A stretch of 64,000 nt of DNA from Macrostomum lignano (GCA_002269645.1 NIVC01002916.1:1-64000); one strand, 5' to 3'. Positions 1 through 12,730 are shown, counted from the stretch's first letter. Notes: a model not told the origin generated them from the letters alone. Translations and numbers: made by a program.

Positions 1-1440
1 TTTTAGACTTCATTCACTTCTTTTTTTAAAAAGAAATAATAATAACTAATCTCTATAACAGCCAAGGTCTGAACCATGCTGGACAACCCCCTTTTCCATG
101 CTAGACTATGCCAGTGTACTAGACTGCATACATTGCCAGGGGGCCAATCGGTGCTAGTCCCAAACACTACTACAATAAGGGCCATTCATTGTAAAACGAT
201 ACTGCTATGATTTCGCTTTAGGTAAAGAAAGGTGCTTTTAATTTTTAATCAAATGACCGACGATGAGCCCTTTCTTTACTGCAGTTGGTAAGCGTAAGCA
301 TATTTATTGATTTTGATCTGCCTTGGTTTCTTGGAATGAACCCAATGAATCCGCGATAATTGTCCTAATGTTATTTTATAAAAACAAAACCTTCATATTG
401 TAATCAAGCAAAATGACTAAAGAACAACTATTTTGCTTTGCATGTAAAATAAAAATAGTTTTAAAATAAAATTTCTACTTTAAATTTTTATTTAAGCAAT
501 ACTACTGTGTATTTAGCTGTATTTAACTTGGTTGAAAGCAAAGTTTTTTAGGAATGCGAAGGAATTGCTCGCATCCTTCCAAACTTGAAGAAAAATGAAG
601 CTTGTCGATTTAAATTTGTGAGCGCTTAGCTTGGAAAGCTCTGAAATATTATGGCTGAGACTCAGAGTTTGTCATACTAAGATCACCCAAAACAATTTTA
701 TTGGATGTTAACTTTAGGTCGTTTATATGGCAATAAAAAAGCAAGCAAGAAAGATTTTCATTATTAGTATATAGGATATGGCAATTATTTGACTGGATAT
801 TTGTTATCCTATATTATTCTTCACAATACTGTTAAACGAATAATAATTGTGCCAGTATTTTTTTATTTAATACAAATCAGCTCGATGAGTTAATAACAAG
901 AAGATTATAGTTTCTTAGCAATTCCTACTTGCATTTACAATTATTTGTTTCTTAAATGCAGTAAAATGATATCTCAAATTTTTTAAGAAGATTCAATAAT
1001 CAAATAACACATCTCTAGATTATTATATACTTTCAGTGCACAAGGCTCATTTATTCAAGCAATCTTCTGCTATCTTTCCCTGATTCAAATGAAACTGGTT
1101 TTTCTTGGTTTTGCTTTGCACAAGCTAAAAACTACTAGTAATGATCGTGTATGTATCTGACTTTTGGAACTAAAGTACCTTGTACTTACTAATTACTAAT
1201 GACTCTTCCGGTGCTTCTGTACAGTTTCTTACGTATTTTAATATGAGTTACTAATTAATTGAATACTTTTTGATATAGCCAGAATTTTCAATACGAGCTA
1301 TAAAGTGTGATGCCAGTAAAGTATTTGATAAATGCGATAGGTCTGGCTTTCCAGTTTTAAGTATGATATAGCTAGATGATACCTGCGCATATTTAAACAT
1401 ATTCAATAAATTTTAAACCCTCTGCTTTATCTCGTCCGGG

Positions 1441-1986
1441 ATGGGCAGCGCTCTGGGCAAGCGAGAGGCAAATGTGCTGGTGGTGGGACTCGACAACAGT
1501 GGCAAGACGACCATCATCAACAAGCTGAAGCCGGCCAACGCCACCATGCAGAACATTGTTCCGACTGTTGGCTTCAACGTTGAACGCCTCGAGATGAAGA
1601 ATCTGCGCATGACCTGCTTTGACATGTCCGGGCAGGGCCGCTACCGCAACATGTGGGAGCACTACTACCGCGACTGCGATGCCATCATCTTTGTGATTGA
1701 CAGCTCGGACAAGCTGCGCTTCGTGGTGGCCAAGGACGAACTGGAACAGCTGCTGGCCCACGACGCCATCCGGACACGGGGCATCCCGTTCCTGTTCTAC
1801 GCCAACAAGATGGACCACAAAGATGCCCTGTCACCTGTGAAGTGCACGCAGATGCTCGGTCTGAAGGATTGCCTCAGCAACAAGTCCTGGAACATCGTGC
1901 CTAGCAATGCCATCTCCGGTGAGGGCCTGCAGGCTGGCATCGACTGGCTGGCCGAGGAGGTGCGCCGGCTGCCACCGAGGAAATAA
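1441..1986 (+). CDS. ARL6: ADP-ribosylation factor-like protein 6 (BBS3), small ciliary GTPase, single coding exon
   Basis: 181-aa ORF with G1 GLDNSGKT, switch I PTVG, ARL6-typical G3 [18 protein letters not shown] and G4 NKMD, and Gly2. Matches the remembered ARL6 family sequence along its whole length. Confidence 0.95.
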   Translation: MGSALGKREANVLVVGLDNSGKTTIINKLKPANATMQNIVPTVGFNVERLEMKNLRMTCFDMSGQGRYRNMWEHYYRDCDAIIFVIDSSDKLRFVVAKDELEQLLAHDAIRTRGIPFLFYANKMDHKDALSPVKCTQMLGLKDCLSNKSWNIVPSNAISGEGLQAGIDWLAEEVRRLPPRK

Positions 1987-2008
1987 CTGGTTGACTGGTC
2001 CAAGACGT

Positions 2009-2022
2009 GTTGTCATGGCAAC
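2009..2022. promoter_or_regulatory. RFX X-box motif GTTGTCATGGCAAC
   Basis: Exact fit to the 14-bp consensus GTHNYY-AT-RRNAAC, 23 nt after the ARL6 stop codon. Confidence 0.55.
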
Positions 2023-2142
2023 TGTGACTATAATGCGGGGTTATTTGGTGAAATATCTAGAACTCATTTGTACCCAGGAGAAGAGAGTTCAGGTTGTACA
2101 CTGTAGGCTCAAAATACATGCAGCCGGATTTGGCAATCATCC

Positions 2143-2280
2143 GCTACCCCTTGACCCCGTGTCCTTCAGGCTCCGCTACCACTTGACCCCGTGTCCTTCA
2201 GGCTCCACTACCCCTTGACCCCTTGTCCTTCAGGCTCCGCTACCCTTTGACCCCGTGTCATTCAGGCTTCTCTACCCCTA
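2143..2280. repeat. 32-bp minisatellite, about 4 copies
   Basis: Unit approximately ccccttgaccccgtgtccttcaggctccgcta. Confidence 0.85.
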
Positions 2281-4173
2281 TCCGACATCTCTTCAAAGCC
2301 TTAAAATTTTGTAGTTGTTAAAATGAATTTTGTAGAAGTAAATGTTGTGTTTGCCTTTACGCTAACATTTCCTGGTCTTTTATTAATTTTCTTGAGCTCT
2401 GATGTTAGTGGTGTATCCATGCTCGTGGATCCACATTTTCTAATATTTTCCTATTTTTGCTTCATTCTGTCTGTCGCTATTCCAGCCACGCCCTGCACAC
2501 TTGTCTTGCTGCTCTGTGGCAGAATTCCGAAGATTTTTAAAAAAAAATTCTGCATGCATCCCGCACCTCGAGTCCGTCCTGTGAGTTTCCCGGCTTTGAC
2601 CTCTCTGATCAACTTGTTTTTTGGCTGGAAATTGTGTGTCACCCCGCGCCTGCCAGAGCGCCCAGAAGGTTGTCCCGGCCTGGCCTTCTTCGTACGGCGA
2701 GTCAATTTTTTTACAGAGGAGGGTTCAAAATAGTGTCAGTGCACATTGCTTCGTACTAGAAGTAGCAGCAAACTCCCCGCGTTCTAAGCTGTGCTTTTTG
2801 AGTATATTGCACATTTAGTTGTTGTGCGTGCTTTCAAGTTTGAGTTGTAATTTCTAGAATAGTTGCTGACATTCGCTGTAACTCTCTGACTGAGTTGAAC
2901 TGCCAACCCACCCGATCGAGCTGGCAACTGAATTCAGTCAATTATTAACTAATAAAAATCGTAGATTTTAATCATATTGATGAGCAAGCATTGCACTGTA
3001 TTTTATTTCGCTACGATATACAGAGGGTATAAACTTAATTATTCAAATCCAGCGCGGGACTGCGGGGATAAACTTGGGTGAGCCAAGGCCAGCGGTCAGG
3101 GGAGAAACTCTTATTGGGATTTGATTTGCAGTTTGGGGCCGACTTGAAATCCCTTTTACTGCTGGGCCTTTTACTCTAGAGCAGATCCCGGAGGCCAGCC
3201 CTGCCTTGCTTTGTCTTCCCGCCTGTCCCGCTGCTGCGCCTCCGCGGTTCTCAAATCCCTCATTTGGGAGTATAAGATGAGGCTTCGCTGGAGGCTGGCT
3301 ACTCGGCCGTTCGCTAGTCGCCAAACTTCGAACTGCTGCCAACCCTCCGGACCTCCAGTTTCTCGGCGCTTGTTAGCCAGCCCGGCATCCCCCACCCGCT
3401 GCCGGTATCTGGGGGAGAAAAATCCCGCACTAAAGCACGCGGGCTTGGCGGAGGCGAAGCAACAGCGATGGAGAGCAGCAGGGGAGCAGCTCTCGCCGCT
3501 CGCTCTCTGTTGGACACGGCGGCGAGCCACTGCGCGAGGGAGCTGGCATCCAAATTTGATTGACTCCGATCCCTGCTCTAAAAGGGGATCCCCACCCGGC
3601 GGTTTTGACGGCGAATCTCCCTGGCCGAGGCGGCGGCGGCGGCGGCAGAAGCTCGGAGAATCGGCTGTGGATCCTGCGACTTCGGCTTCGTCTGCTCCTT
3701 CGGTAAGGCGGCGCTGGGCCCACCCGGCGGACGCTCCATTAAACGGGTGCGCAGTTATCCACTTGCTCCGGAGGCCTGTCAAATCCGCATCTGGGCTGGG
3801 GAGGCACCGGCGGAACTCGAGAAGCGGGGAGGGTTTGGAGGGGGGGCACTCTGGGGATTTTTGCTTCGGCAGACAGAAAGGACAAAAACTCAGCTCGGGG
3901 ATTTGGTGTCGATATATCGGCTTGCTCGGATGAGTAAAATCCGAATCGATAAGGCTGGTTTGGACACAGCCGGGGAGAGGGAACTCGGGTCCCAATGGCA
4001 CCCAGCATGGCCGGCCCGAATTGATTGACAGCTGCGGCTGTTCTTCAAGCGGCCGCTTCGATCTGGCCAGCCAAATGAGGCCAAAATCGGCCAGCGACAC
4101 GTCATTAACCTGCAGCTTTGTGCCGGGTCAAGGACTCCTGACACGAAGCACTTGGACTAGGGAATTATATGTT

Positions 4174-4270
4174 AGTCAGTCAGCCAGTCAGTCAGTCAGT
4201 CAGTCAGTCAGTCAGTCAGTCAGTCAGTCAGTCAGTCAGTCAGTCAGTCAGTCAGTCAGTCAGTCAGTCA
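4174..4270. repeat. (CAGT)n microsatellite
   Basis: Near-perfect tetranucleotide run. Confidence 0.97.
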
Positions 4271-4552
4271 GGGCATGCAAATCTTGGCCACGCAGCAGCA
4301 GCTCATTAGCATAATAATTGGCAACTCGATCTTGTCTAAAATAATTCCTCCAGATCCCGGGTGTAGCAACCAATCGGATTTTTCCGAAGTTGCTGAGCTC
4401 GGAAATTACCAGCTCGTATATTTGATGCCAAGGCGAGAGCCGCTTCCGGTGTATAGAATTTCAGCAGCAGATGCAGAGTAATATTTTTATAGGAAACTTT
4501 GTTGCACTTTTTCTGCAAGTAGTCGGCGTGTTGGGCGTTGAAATCTGCGGAG

Positions 4553-5019
4553 TAGCGGAGTCCCCTGAAGGTTGGGGACTAGCGGAGTCCCCTGAAGGTT
4601 GGGGACTAGTGGAGTTCCCTGAAGGTTGGGGACTAGCGGAGTCCCCTGAAGGTTGGGGACTAGCGGAGCCCCAGGAAGGTTGGGGACTAGCGAAGTCCCC
4701 TGAAGGTTGGGGACTAGCGGAGTCCCAGGAAGGTTGGGGACTAGCGGAGCCCCAGGAAGGTTGGGGACTAGCGGAGTCCCCTGAAGGTTGGGGACTAGCG
4801 GAGTCCCCTGAAGGTTGGGGACTAGCGGAGTCCCCTGAAGGTTGGGGACTAGCGGAGTCCCCTGAAGGTTGGGGACTAGCGGAGTCCCCTGAAGGTTGGG
4901 GACTAGCGGAGTCCCCTGAAGGTTGGGGACTAGCGGAGTCCCCTGAAGGTTGGGGACTAGCGGAGTCCCCTGAAGGTTGGGGACTAGCGGAGTCCCCTGA
5001 AGGTTGGGGACTAGCGGAG
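4553..5019. repeat. 27-bp minisatellite, about 17 copies
   Basis: Unit tagcggagtcccctgaaggttggggac. Confidence 0.95.
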
Positions 5020-6670
5020 CTTCTGAAAGCCGCTAAAAGTCCAACACCAATTTTGTTTAAGGAGGAGTTCCTGTCTTCGACGGAGATTTATGTATTTTCG
5101 GTTTGTTTATGTTTTGGGCCGCGGGGTATGGGTTACAAACGAAACATAGCACCGATGCACAAAGGGTCTGGTTGACAGAGGTTCAAAGCGTGGTTAGACC
5201 CAATTTAGTAGGAGATGATGAAATCGAATTATTCGCCTTGCATGAGTCTCGCAGCCTCCACCCTGCATCCTGAGTCTACTTATCGCCTACAGCCCATCGA
5301 TGAGGCGTGCGGATGGCCTGTGTGCCTTTGCCTGCACAAGTGTCGAGCGCTCCCATTGACGTCGATCAGATTAGGCCGCGCTGCTGTCGGCAAATCCAGC
5401 GGCGCATTAGGCAGCCCAGGCGGCTAATTACTCTCCGAACCTCCCACGGCAACCCCGCCTGTCGTTAGAGGCTTCCGTCAGCAGTCAATTTGGTCCCTGA
5501 ACGCAAACTGCCTGCTGTCTGTCTGCCTGTCAGTCTGGCACTCAATTAGTGCACCCAAATCCGGGGCAGAGGCAGAGTTAGGGCTGACAGAAGCCCGGAT
5601 CAAGGGGTAGACTTGTCAGGCAGGCGTTGCAGTGGAGTGCAAGAGGAATCGGTCACCGCAAAGTTTGACTTTGACGACACAGGCGAATGGCTTGTTGGGT
5701 CAAGTTTTCCCCAATGCTGAGCAGAAAGGCAGGCTATAGACCCCCCCCACTTGTACTAGTTTGCTCTGTCTCCTTCAAGCCTTCACTTTCTCTTAGCTTT
5801 CAAGCGCTGTTCGCTTTCTACAGAGACACACGGGAGCAGGGCAGGCCTTCCTTCAGTTATTCAGTGCTCAAGTTGAACGCCAGCTCGCGAGTTCAGCATG
5901 GCTCTTGTCTTATAGAATTTGCGCCGAGAACACGGGCTGTTGCTACTCCCTGCCCATAATTTAGTGCGGGATAATTATTCATTCATGCCCGGCAACAAGT
6001 GGAAAATTATATTTGCTAATAATTAGGCCTGCCCCCGCGAGTTGCGATGTCGGAAAGTACAAGGCGACAGGATTGGGACCAGAGCCACGGCAGGTCAAAC
6101 TCGCCGCCGGGCTGGAGATGCGCCCCCCAACTCCCCCGCTCCCATTTTACGCTCCCATTCCTCATTCAGCTCATTTCTGACCGATTCCCGTGGCCTCCCG
6201 AAACTTGCCCACCCCCCCCCCCTCAGCCCGGCAAGCAGCCGGGAGAAGAGATGGGGAAAAAGGAAAAAGTAAAGGCGGCGGAGAGGTGGAAGCGGCGGCG
6301 GTGGCTGAAAGCGGGGGCGTCGCAGGCGGCAATCCGCTGCAGTTTGGCCGTTGCGGAGCAGAGACGAGATGGGGATCGGCGAGGGGAGGGGAGAATCTTC
6401 CCGTCTGTTCCCCTTCCCCAATCCCGACCCAGTCCTGGATTATTTATGACAGAGCTCGCGCCAGCCACTCCCAGTAACCCGGCAGATCTCCCCTTATTCA
6501 CTCACTGCTAAAATCCCAATTGCAACGCCGCTCCGCTCTCTTCTGCTCAAAGCGAGCTGCCCCCCCCCCGTCCCCTCGCTCTGCCCCGCTCTGGACCGGC
6601 CAGCGGGATAACTTTGCAACAAAACTGCCGCGAGCTGGGCAGGGCAGAGCGCCGCTCCCCGGCACCGCGG

Positions 6671-8763
6671 ATGACAAAGCCGTCAGCGGTGTTCACTTTG
6701 GACAGCGCGGCAGAGCAGCAGCGGCGGCGGCTGCTAATTGGCTCTAATACCGGTAACCTTAGCAACGGCGCTGACTTACAGTTCCTACCTGACAATGGTC
6801 AGGCCGAGGCGGCGGAGCACTTGCAGCAGCAGCCGCAGCGGCACACACGAAGCTACAAGGCATTCATCAGCCAGTGAGTTGCGCCAGCTGCTCAAAACTC
6901 GGCTGCCAAAGCCTGCAGCCGGAGCGGAAGTCTCAATTATGTGCACTTTTATCGTTTCTGAGCACCAAATTCTGATTCTAAACCTCTGAGTGCAAATCTC
7001 CAACTAGATACAGAAAAAACAAGAATTTCTCTGGTTGGACCAGAGTATGAGAAGACATTTCAAGTAGATTAAATTGGCTAGTAGAGGTATCGAACCTCCT
7101 ACTAGGATGCTCAGTCTTTTTGGTGCCTTACAGGCGACTCTCCGAAGGGCGATTCTCCGAGGGGCGATTCACCGAGGGGCGATTCTCCGAGGGGCGATTC
7201 ACCGAGGTGCGATTCTCCGAGGGGCGATTCTCCGAGGGGCGATTAAATTGAATCCAAGGGGCGATTCTCCGAGGGCGATTCTCCGAGGGGAACTTCTCCG
7301 AGGGGGGATTAAATTGAATCCGAGGGGCGATTCTCCGAAGGGCGATTAAATTGAATCCAAGCGGCGATTTTCCGAAGGGCGATTAAATTGAATCCAAGGG
7401 GCGATTCTCCGAGGGGCGATTCTCCGAGGGGCGATTCTCCGAGGGGCGATTCTCCGAGGGGCGATTCTCCGAGGGGCGATTCTCCGAGGGGCGATTCTCC
7501 GAGGGGCGATTCTCAGAAAAACTTTTGTTTCCAATGATGCAAAAAATTTACGAGATTGTTTTTTACGTCTATGGGAACGTTCTAGACAGCCATGTACAGC
7601 TTAACAAGTCAGCTCCATCATAAACGTCGCGACTTCCCATCCCGCCGTTGCGCAGGCGCTCCGCCGCCATGTGCTGCTGCCTAGTGGACAGCATCCTGCA
7701 GCTGCCGCGGGCCTCGCCCAGCCGGCCGCAGGTCAGCCGCTACAGGCGCAGCTGGCACTGCCTGGCCGGCCTGCTCTGCGGCCTGCTGGGCCTCACCGCC
7801 GCCCAGAGCGGGGCCAGCGGCATCGGCTACCTGGTCTGCACCCGCCAGCTCGGCGGCTGCGCCTCCTTCTTGGAGCGAGACCCCTGCCTGAAGGCGGCCG
7901 TGCCGTTCTTTGTTGTCTCCCTGGTCTGGCTGAGCATCTTCTGCTCCTGCTGCTGCCAGAGCCCGAAGGCGCTGGGCGTTTTCCTCCTGGTCGGCCTGTG
8001 CGGCGAGTCCGTCCTGGCCGGCTACATGGTCGCCTTCGACCAGACTGTGCGCATCGATGATCACCTGCGCGAGCAGCTGGGGGAGGCGCTGGACGCGACC
8101 TGCGCCGGCCGTCCAACACTGGACAGCTCGCGGCCAGGTCTCAGCTGCTTCCGGCCGTTCCGCGATGGCCTCGCCAGCTGCCGGAAGCTGGACCGGCGCC
8201 TGCCGCGGCTGTGCAACCACACGACAGCATCAGCGACGCCTGGAAGAAGGGAAAAGCGACAGCCGCCGCCGGGTCTGGCGCTCGCCTTCCACAAGGACAA
8301 CTGCATTGCCGACCTGCTCGAGGCCATCGCCGCCCGCAAGCAGCTGCACCAGGTCGTCACCTACTCGCTGCTGTTCGTCTTCGCCGGCTGTCACTTTGCT
8401 CTGGCGGTGGCTCTCTGCGGCTACGACGTCCGTCGGAAGCGGATGGAGAAAAGCCTCCGGCTCGACGGTGGCGGCGCTGGGGTCGGCGGGGACAAAGAGG
8501 AGCCGGCAGCGGCAGCTCAGCAGCAGGGCAACGGCCAGATCCGCACGTTGGAGATTCACGTCAATATGGACGCTGGCACCGACCTGGTCAACACGCTGCC
8601 GCCGCGGCCTCCGCTACATCTGCACAGACAGCAAGGAATGACGGCCTCCACGTCGGCTTCGTCTGCGACCGCCGAGGTTGCTGAGAAGGCCGCGCTGCCG
8701 CTGCTGCCAATGGTTGGCGCTGGTCGCGGCCGAGTCACTTTCGATATGGACAAGCAGATGTGA
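6671..8763 (+). CDS. Divergent tetraspanin-like 4-TM protein; exons 6671-6873 and 7656-8763 (436 aa)
   Basis: ATG at 6671. The phase-2 donor CA|gtgagt (6874) joins the acceptor cgcag|G (7656) in frame. Hydrophobic segments give three N-terminal TMs, a Cys-containing large loop with an NHT sequon, and a fourth TM. Cys clusters MCCC and CSCCC. An alternative ATG at 7669 has a gccgccATG context. Confidence 0.7.
7133..7515. repeat. 15-bp minisatellite with 25-bp variant units, inside the tetraspanin-like intron
   Basis: Unit gaggggcgattctcc; variant gggcgattaaattgaatccaa. Confidence 0.93.
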
Positions 8764-8807
8764 AAGCGGTGTGACCGCTTCTGCGATTAGTGGGTGTGAG
8801 TGAGGAA

Positions 8808-9150
8808 AGAATCCCTGACAGAATCCCTGACAGAATCCCTGACAGAATCCCTGACAGAATCCCTGACAGAATCCCTGACAGAATCCCTGACAGAATCCCT
8901 GACAGAATCCCTTACAGAATCCCTGACAGAATCCCTGACAGAATCCCTGACAGAATCCCTGACAGAATCCCTGACAGAATTCCTGACAGAATCCCTGACA
9001 GAATCCCTGACCGAATCCCTGACAGAATTCCTGACAGAATCCCTTACAGAATCCCTGACAGAATCCCTGACAGAATCCCTGACAGAATCCCTGACATAAT
9101 CCCTGACAGAATCCCTGACATAATCTCTGACAGAATCTCTGACAGAATCT
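8808..9150. repeat. 12-bp minisatellite in the 3' UTR region
   Basis: Unit gacagaatccct. Confidence 0.96.
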
Positions 9151-9611
9151 CATCAGCTGTCTATTTTTTAATGGTTGCGCGGTTCCGCACTGGAAGCTTC
9201 CTATGCTATGCTTTACAAATTGCAAAAACGAATCCTGTAAAAAAACTCAATAAAAATTCATTAGAATCGCACCAACCGAGAATGGGGAATCCCACCAACT
9301 GGGGCAACTGCTATCGTTTGCTGGTACAGCCCAGTCCAGTCGTCAAGTCTACGAGTGTGCAGCGAGTTTAGCAAACCGACACCCATCATTTCATTAAGTA
9401 GATTTTATCTCGCTTTTGTATTACGAGCTGCGTTACTCAGCTGAGCTTGCTTCTCGATTTTCATTTATCGTTCACTAAATGCACATTTAGCTCGTATCAA
9501 ATACATGCAAACACTTCATTTACAATACTTGCTACTTGCAGTAGCAAGAAAAGTATTTGCTTTAAAATTTAACCTCGCAGCTTATCTAGATCAAGGTGGC
9601 AGTTTATTGAT

Positions 9612-10221
9612 TGAGACAAGAGTGACAGGCTGGCGGCTCATTGAATGAGACAAGAGTGACAGGCTGGGGGCTCATTAAATGAGACAAGTGAGTGACAGGC
9701 TAGGGGCTCATTGGATGAGACAAGAGTGACAGGCTGGGGGCTCATTAAATGAGACAAGTGAGTGACTGGCTAGGGGCTCATTGGATGAGACAAGAGTGAC
9801 AGGCTGGCAGCTCATTCACTGAGACAAGAGGACAGGCTAGCAGCTCATTGACTGAGACAAGAGTGACAGGCTGGCGGCTCATTGACTGAGACAAGAGTGA
9901 CAGGCTAGCAGCTTATTGATTGATAAGAGTGACAGGCTAGGGGCTCATTGACTGAGACAAGAGTGACAGGCTGGCAGCTCATTGACTGAGACAAGAGTGA
10001 CAGGCTAGCAGCTTATTGATTGATAAGAGTGACAGGCTAGGGGCTCATTGACTGAGACAAGAGTGACAGGCTGGGGGCTCATTAAATGAGACAAGTGAGT
10101 GACAGGCTAGGGGCTCATTGGATGAGACAAGAGTGACAGGCTGGCGGCTCATTGACTGAGACAAGAGTGACAGGCTGGCGGCTCATTGACTGAGACAAGA
10201 GTGACAGGCTGGCAGCTCATT
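9612..10221. repeat. 34/38-bp minisatellite
   Basis: Unit approximately tgagacaagagtgacaggctggcggctcattgac. Confidence 0.93.
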
Positions 10222-10894
10222 AAATTGCTTGAAACTTGAATCACTGAATTAAAAAGCCTTTTCAAATTTCAAGAGGTCGAAAAATATTGAAACTGCAGGA
10301 CTCCAGCTCCATTGGTGTTGGTGATGTGTTTCAAACTGTGTATTTAGAACTGCGCCACTAGCCAGAAACACAATTACAATTGCAATTCGTCAATTTAGGT
10401 GCATTTAGAAAATGGAAACTGAGTTTTGCAACAAACAGCAGGTGCGCTAGCAGTCCTGGCCAGCCCAATTTAATTACTAGCCCGCCCAGCCTGTTGTCAC
10501 GTGACCACGTCAGACGCGATTAGTTGCCATGACGACAGTTCCCTACATCGGTATAACAAATATTTAGATATTTTATTGAATTAGCAAAGCGGAATTGGTT
10601 AATGTCAAATTTAAAAAAAAATTTACAAAAACTGAAGAACGGAAATTGAAATGAAATGATTGATTAGAATATGAAGATAAATGTGGCTTATGGTTATGAT
10701 TTATCAATAATAAATGAGTAGAAAAGGACAGTAAAATGCGAGGGGTTTATGAGATAAAATGAAATGAAATATTTACAATTGGGATTTTGTTAAAAAACCA
10801 AAAAAGCAGAATAGAAACAGTTTGTGAAGACAATGCACACCAATTCGCAATTAATTTGTTTAAATTTCTCGAGCAACTTTGTTAAAAATCATTT

Positions 10895-11620
10895 TTAGCT
10901 ACGCTTGGCCTGACTCCAGACTCTGCCGCCGCCGCCGCCGCCCCCGCGCCTGGCGACCCCGTTGCCAACCGGGCAGTACTTGACGGTGTGCGCGGCCGTC
11001 CCGGTGGCGTGGCAGATCGGGCACTCGTAGCTCTGCAGCACCGGGCAGACGACGTCCCCATTGCCGTCCTTGACGGTGTGGCCGCGGTAGAACGACTCGG
11101 GCTCGTTGTTCTTCTTGCAGAAGACGCACAGCACTGGGCGGTAGGGCCGGCGCTCGTGCTTCTGCAGGATGGCCCGCAGCTGCTCGTGCTGCTGAGGGGC
11201 TCCGATGGGCAGCAGCGGCTGGAGGAACGGCTTCGGCTTCGGGCTCGGGTCGATGCCAGCGGCGAAGCTGCTGCCGCTAACGGCGCTGTCGCAGCTTGAG
11301 GCGCCCCGCACCCGCACCGGCTCGCTGCTGCATGGCGGGTGGCGACCGGACAGACTGGAGTGATGAAAGACCAGCACAGGAGGATGTCAACATGTCAAAG
11401 TTGTTAAAGCCAAAATCTGCACTCTATAGACTACATACATTTGTAGTTGTCATTTACACTGCCAATATGACAGTTACTAAACAACTGGTATTGATTCTAT
11501 TCTACTCATATCATGGAATATAAACCGAGTCAGCATATTTAAAAATATTTACCTGTCCTTCTGCAAAGCCAGAAACAGCAGCTGCAGCTGCAGCTCGATT
11601 TCGTATGGAAATTCTGACAT
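10895..11620 (-). CDS. nanos: Nanos family CCHC zinc-finger RNA-binding protein; exons 11620-11553 and 11354-10895 (175 aa)
   Basis: Double CCHC motif C-x2-C-x12-H-x10-C-x7-C-x2-C-x7-H-x4-C (CVFC...H...CPVL...CPIC...HTVKYCP). Exon 1 (MSEFPYEIELQ...) ends AG|gtaaat in phase 2 and joins the acceptor ctccag|T in frame. Confidence 0.93.
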
Positions 11621-12189
11621 AATTGAACAAAAAAATGCTGCTTGACAAATGATTAATTGCTAGAGTTTTGCTACTACGGGCAGAGCACAGCAGGGTGGAT
11701 GGAATAGCAGTGTATTGAGAAAACTCCCAAGGTTTAAGTCAAGGTTTACCCGCCAATCAATCCGTGCCTCCCCCCTCCCCCGGTAGGTGATTGGTTGAGC
11801 GGAAGAATTCAAGATGCTACCGATTTAAATTTGCTAATATTTTCAATACTGCCTACTCGTAGTAGAATGGAAAAGCGCTTCAACTTTGTCTGATTAATTG
11901 CTTAAGTTTTAATGGAGAAGGATATCTCGCACGCAATGAGTTTATCATTGCAATTGCTAATTTCTTGATTCTACAAAAATCCACTCGTATAATTAAGCAG
12001 AAGATAGTGGTCCAAGTGGTCGTTGTTTTGTTCACTTTTTTCTTACCTTCATATTCATATTTAGGATGCAGCGAATTTTGTTTCACTATTTTCCTCTTCA
12101 TTTCAACTCATTGTTCTTTTTTAGGATCTGGCTGGCGTCTGTTTGATATAAAAGAAGTAGAAGCAGAATTAGAAACGAGCTGCCACGAG

Positions 12190-12730
12190 CACATCACATC
12201 ACATCACATCACATCACATCACATCACATCACATCGCATCACATCACATCACATCACATCGCATCACATTACATCACATCACATTACATCACATCACATC
12301 ACATCACAGCACATCACATCACATCACATCACAGCACATCAAAGCACAGCATATCACATCACAGCACAGAATATCACATCACATCACAGCACAGCACATC
12401 ACATCACAGCACAGCACATCACATCACAGCACAGCACAGCACAGCACATCACAGCACAGCAATCACAGCACAGCACAGTACAGCTCAGCACATCACATCA
12501 CAGTCACAGGTCACAGCACAGCACAGCACAGCACAGCACATCACAGCACATCACAGCACAGCACAGCACATCACAGTCACAGGTCACAGCACAGCACAGC
12601 ACAGCACAGCACAGCACAGCACATCACAGCACAGCACAGCACATCACATCACAGTCACAGGTCACAGCACAGCACAGCACAGCACAGCACAGCACATCAC
12701 ATCACATCACATCACAAAACAGCACAGCAC
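12190..12730. repeat. (CACAT/CACAG)n pentanucleotide array
   Basis: Unit shifts from CACAT to CACAG along the array. Confidence 0.95.

Noticed and set aside
3043-4144. Overlapping GC-rich ORFs up to 309 aa
   Set aside because: No recognisable domain, and all frames are open because of high GC. More likely a promoter/UTR island (plus-strand donor tcg|gtaagg near 3703).
4471-5175. 234-aa ORF with AESPEGWGL repeats
   Set aside because: The 27-bp unit keeps frame by chance and the flanks are not coding-like. Expression data would be needed to rescue it.
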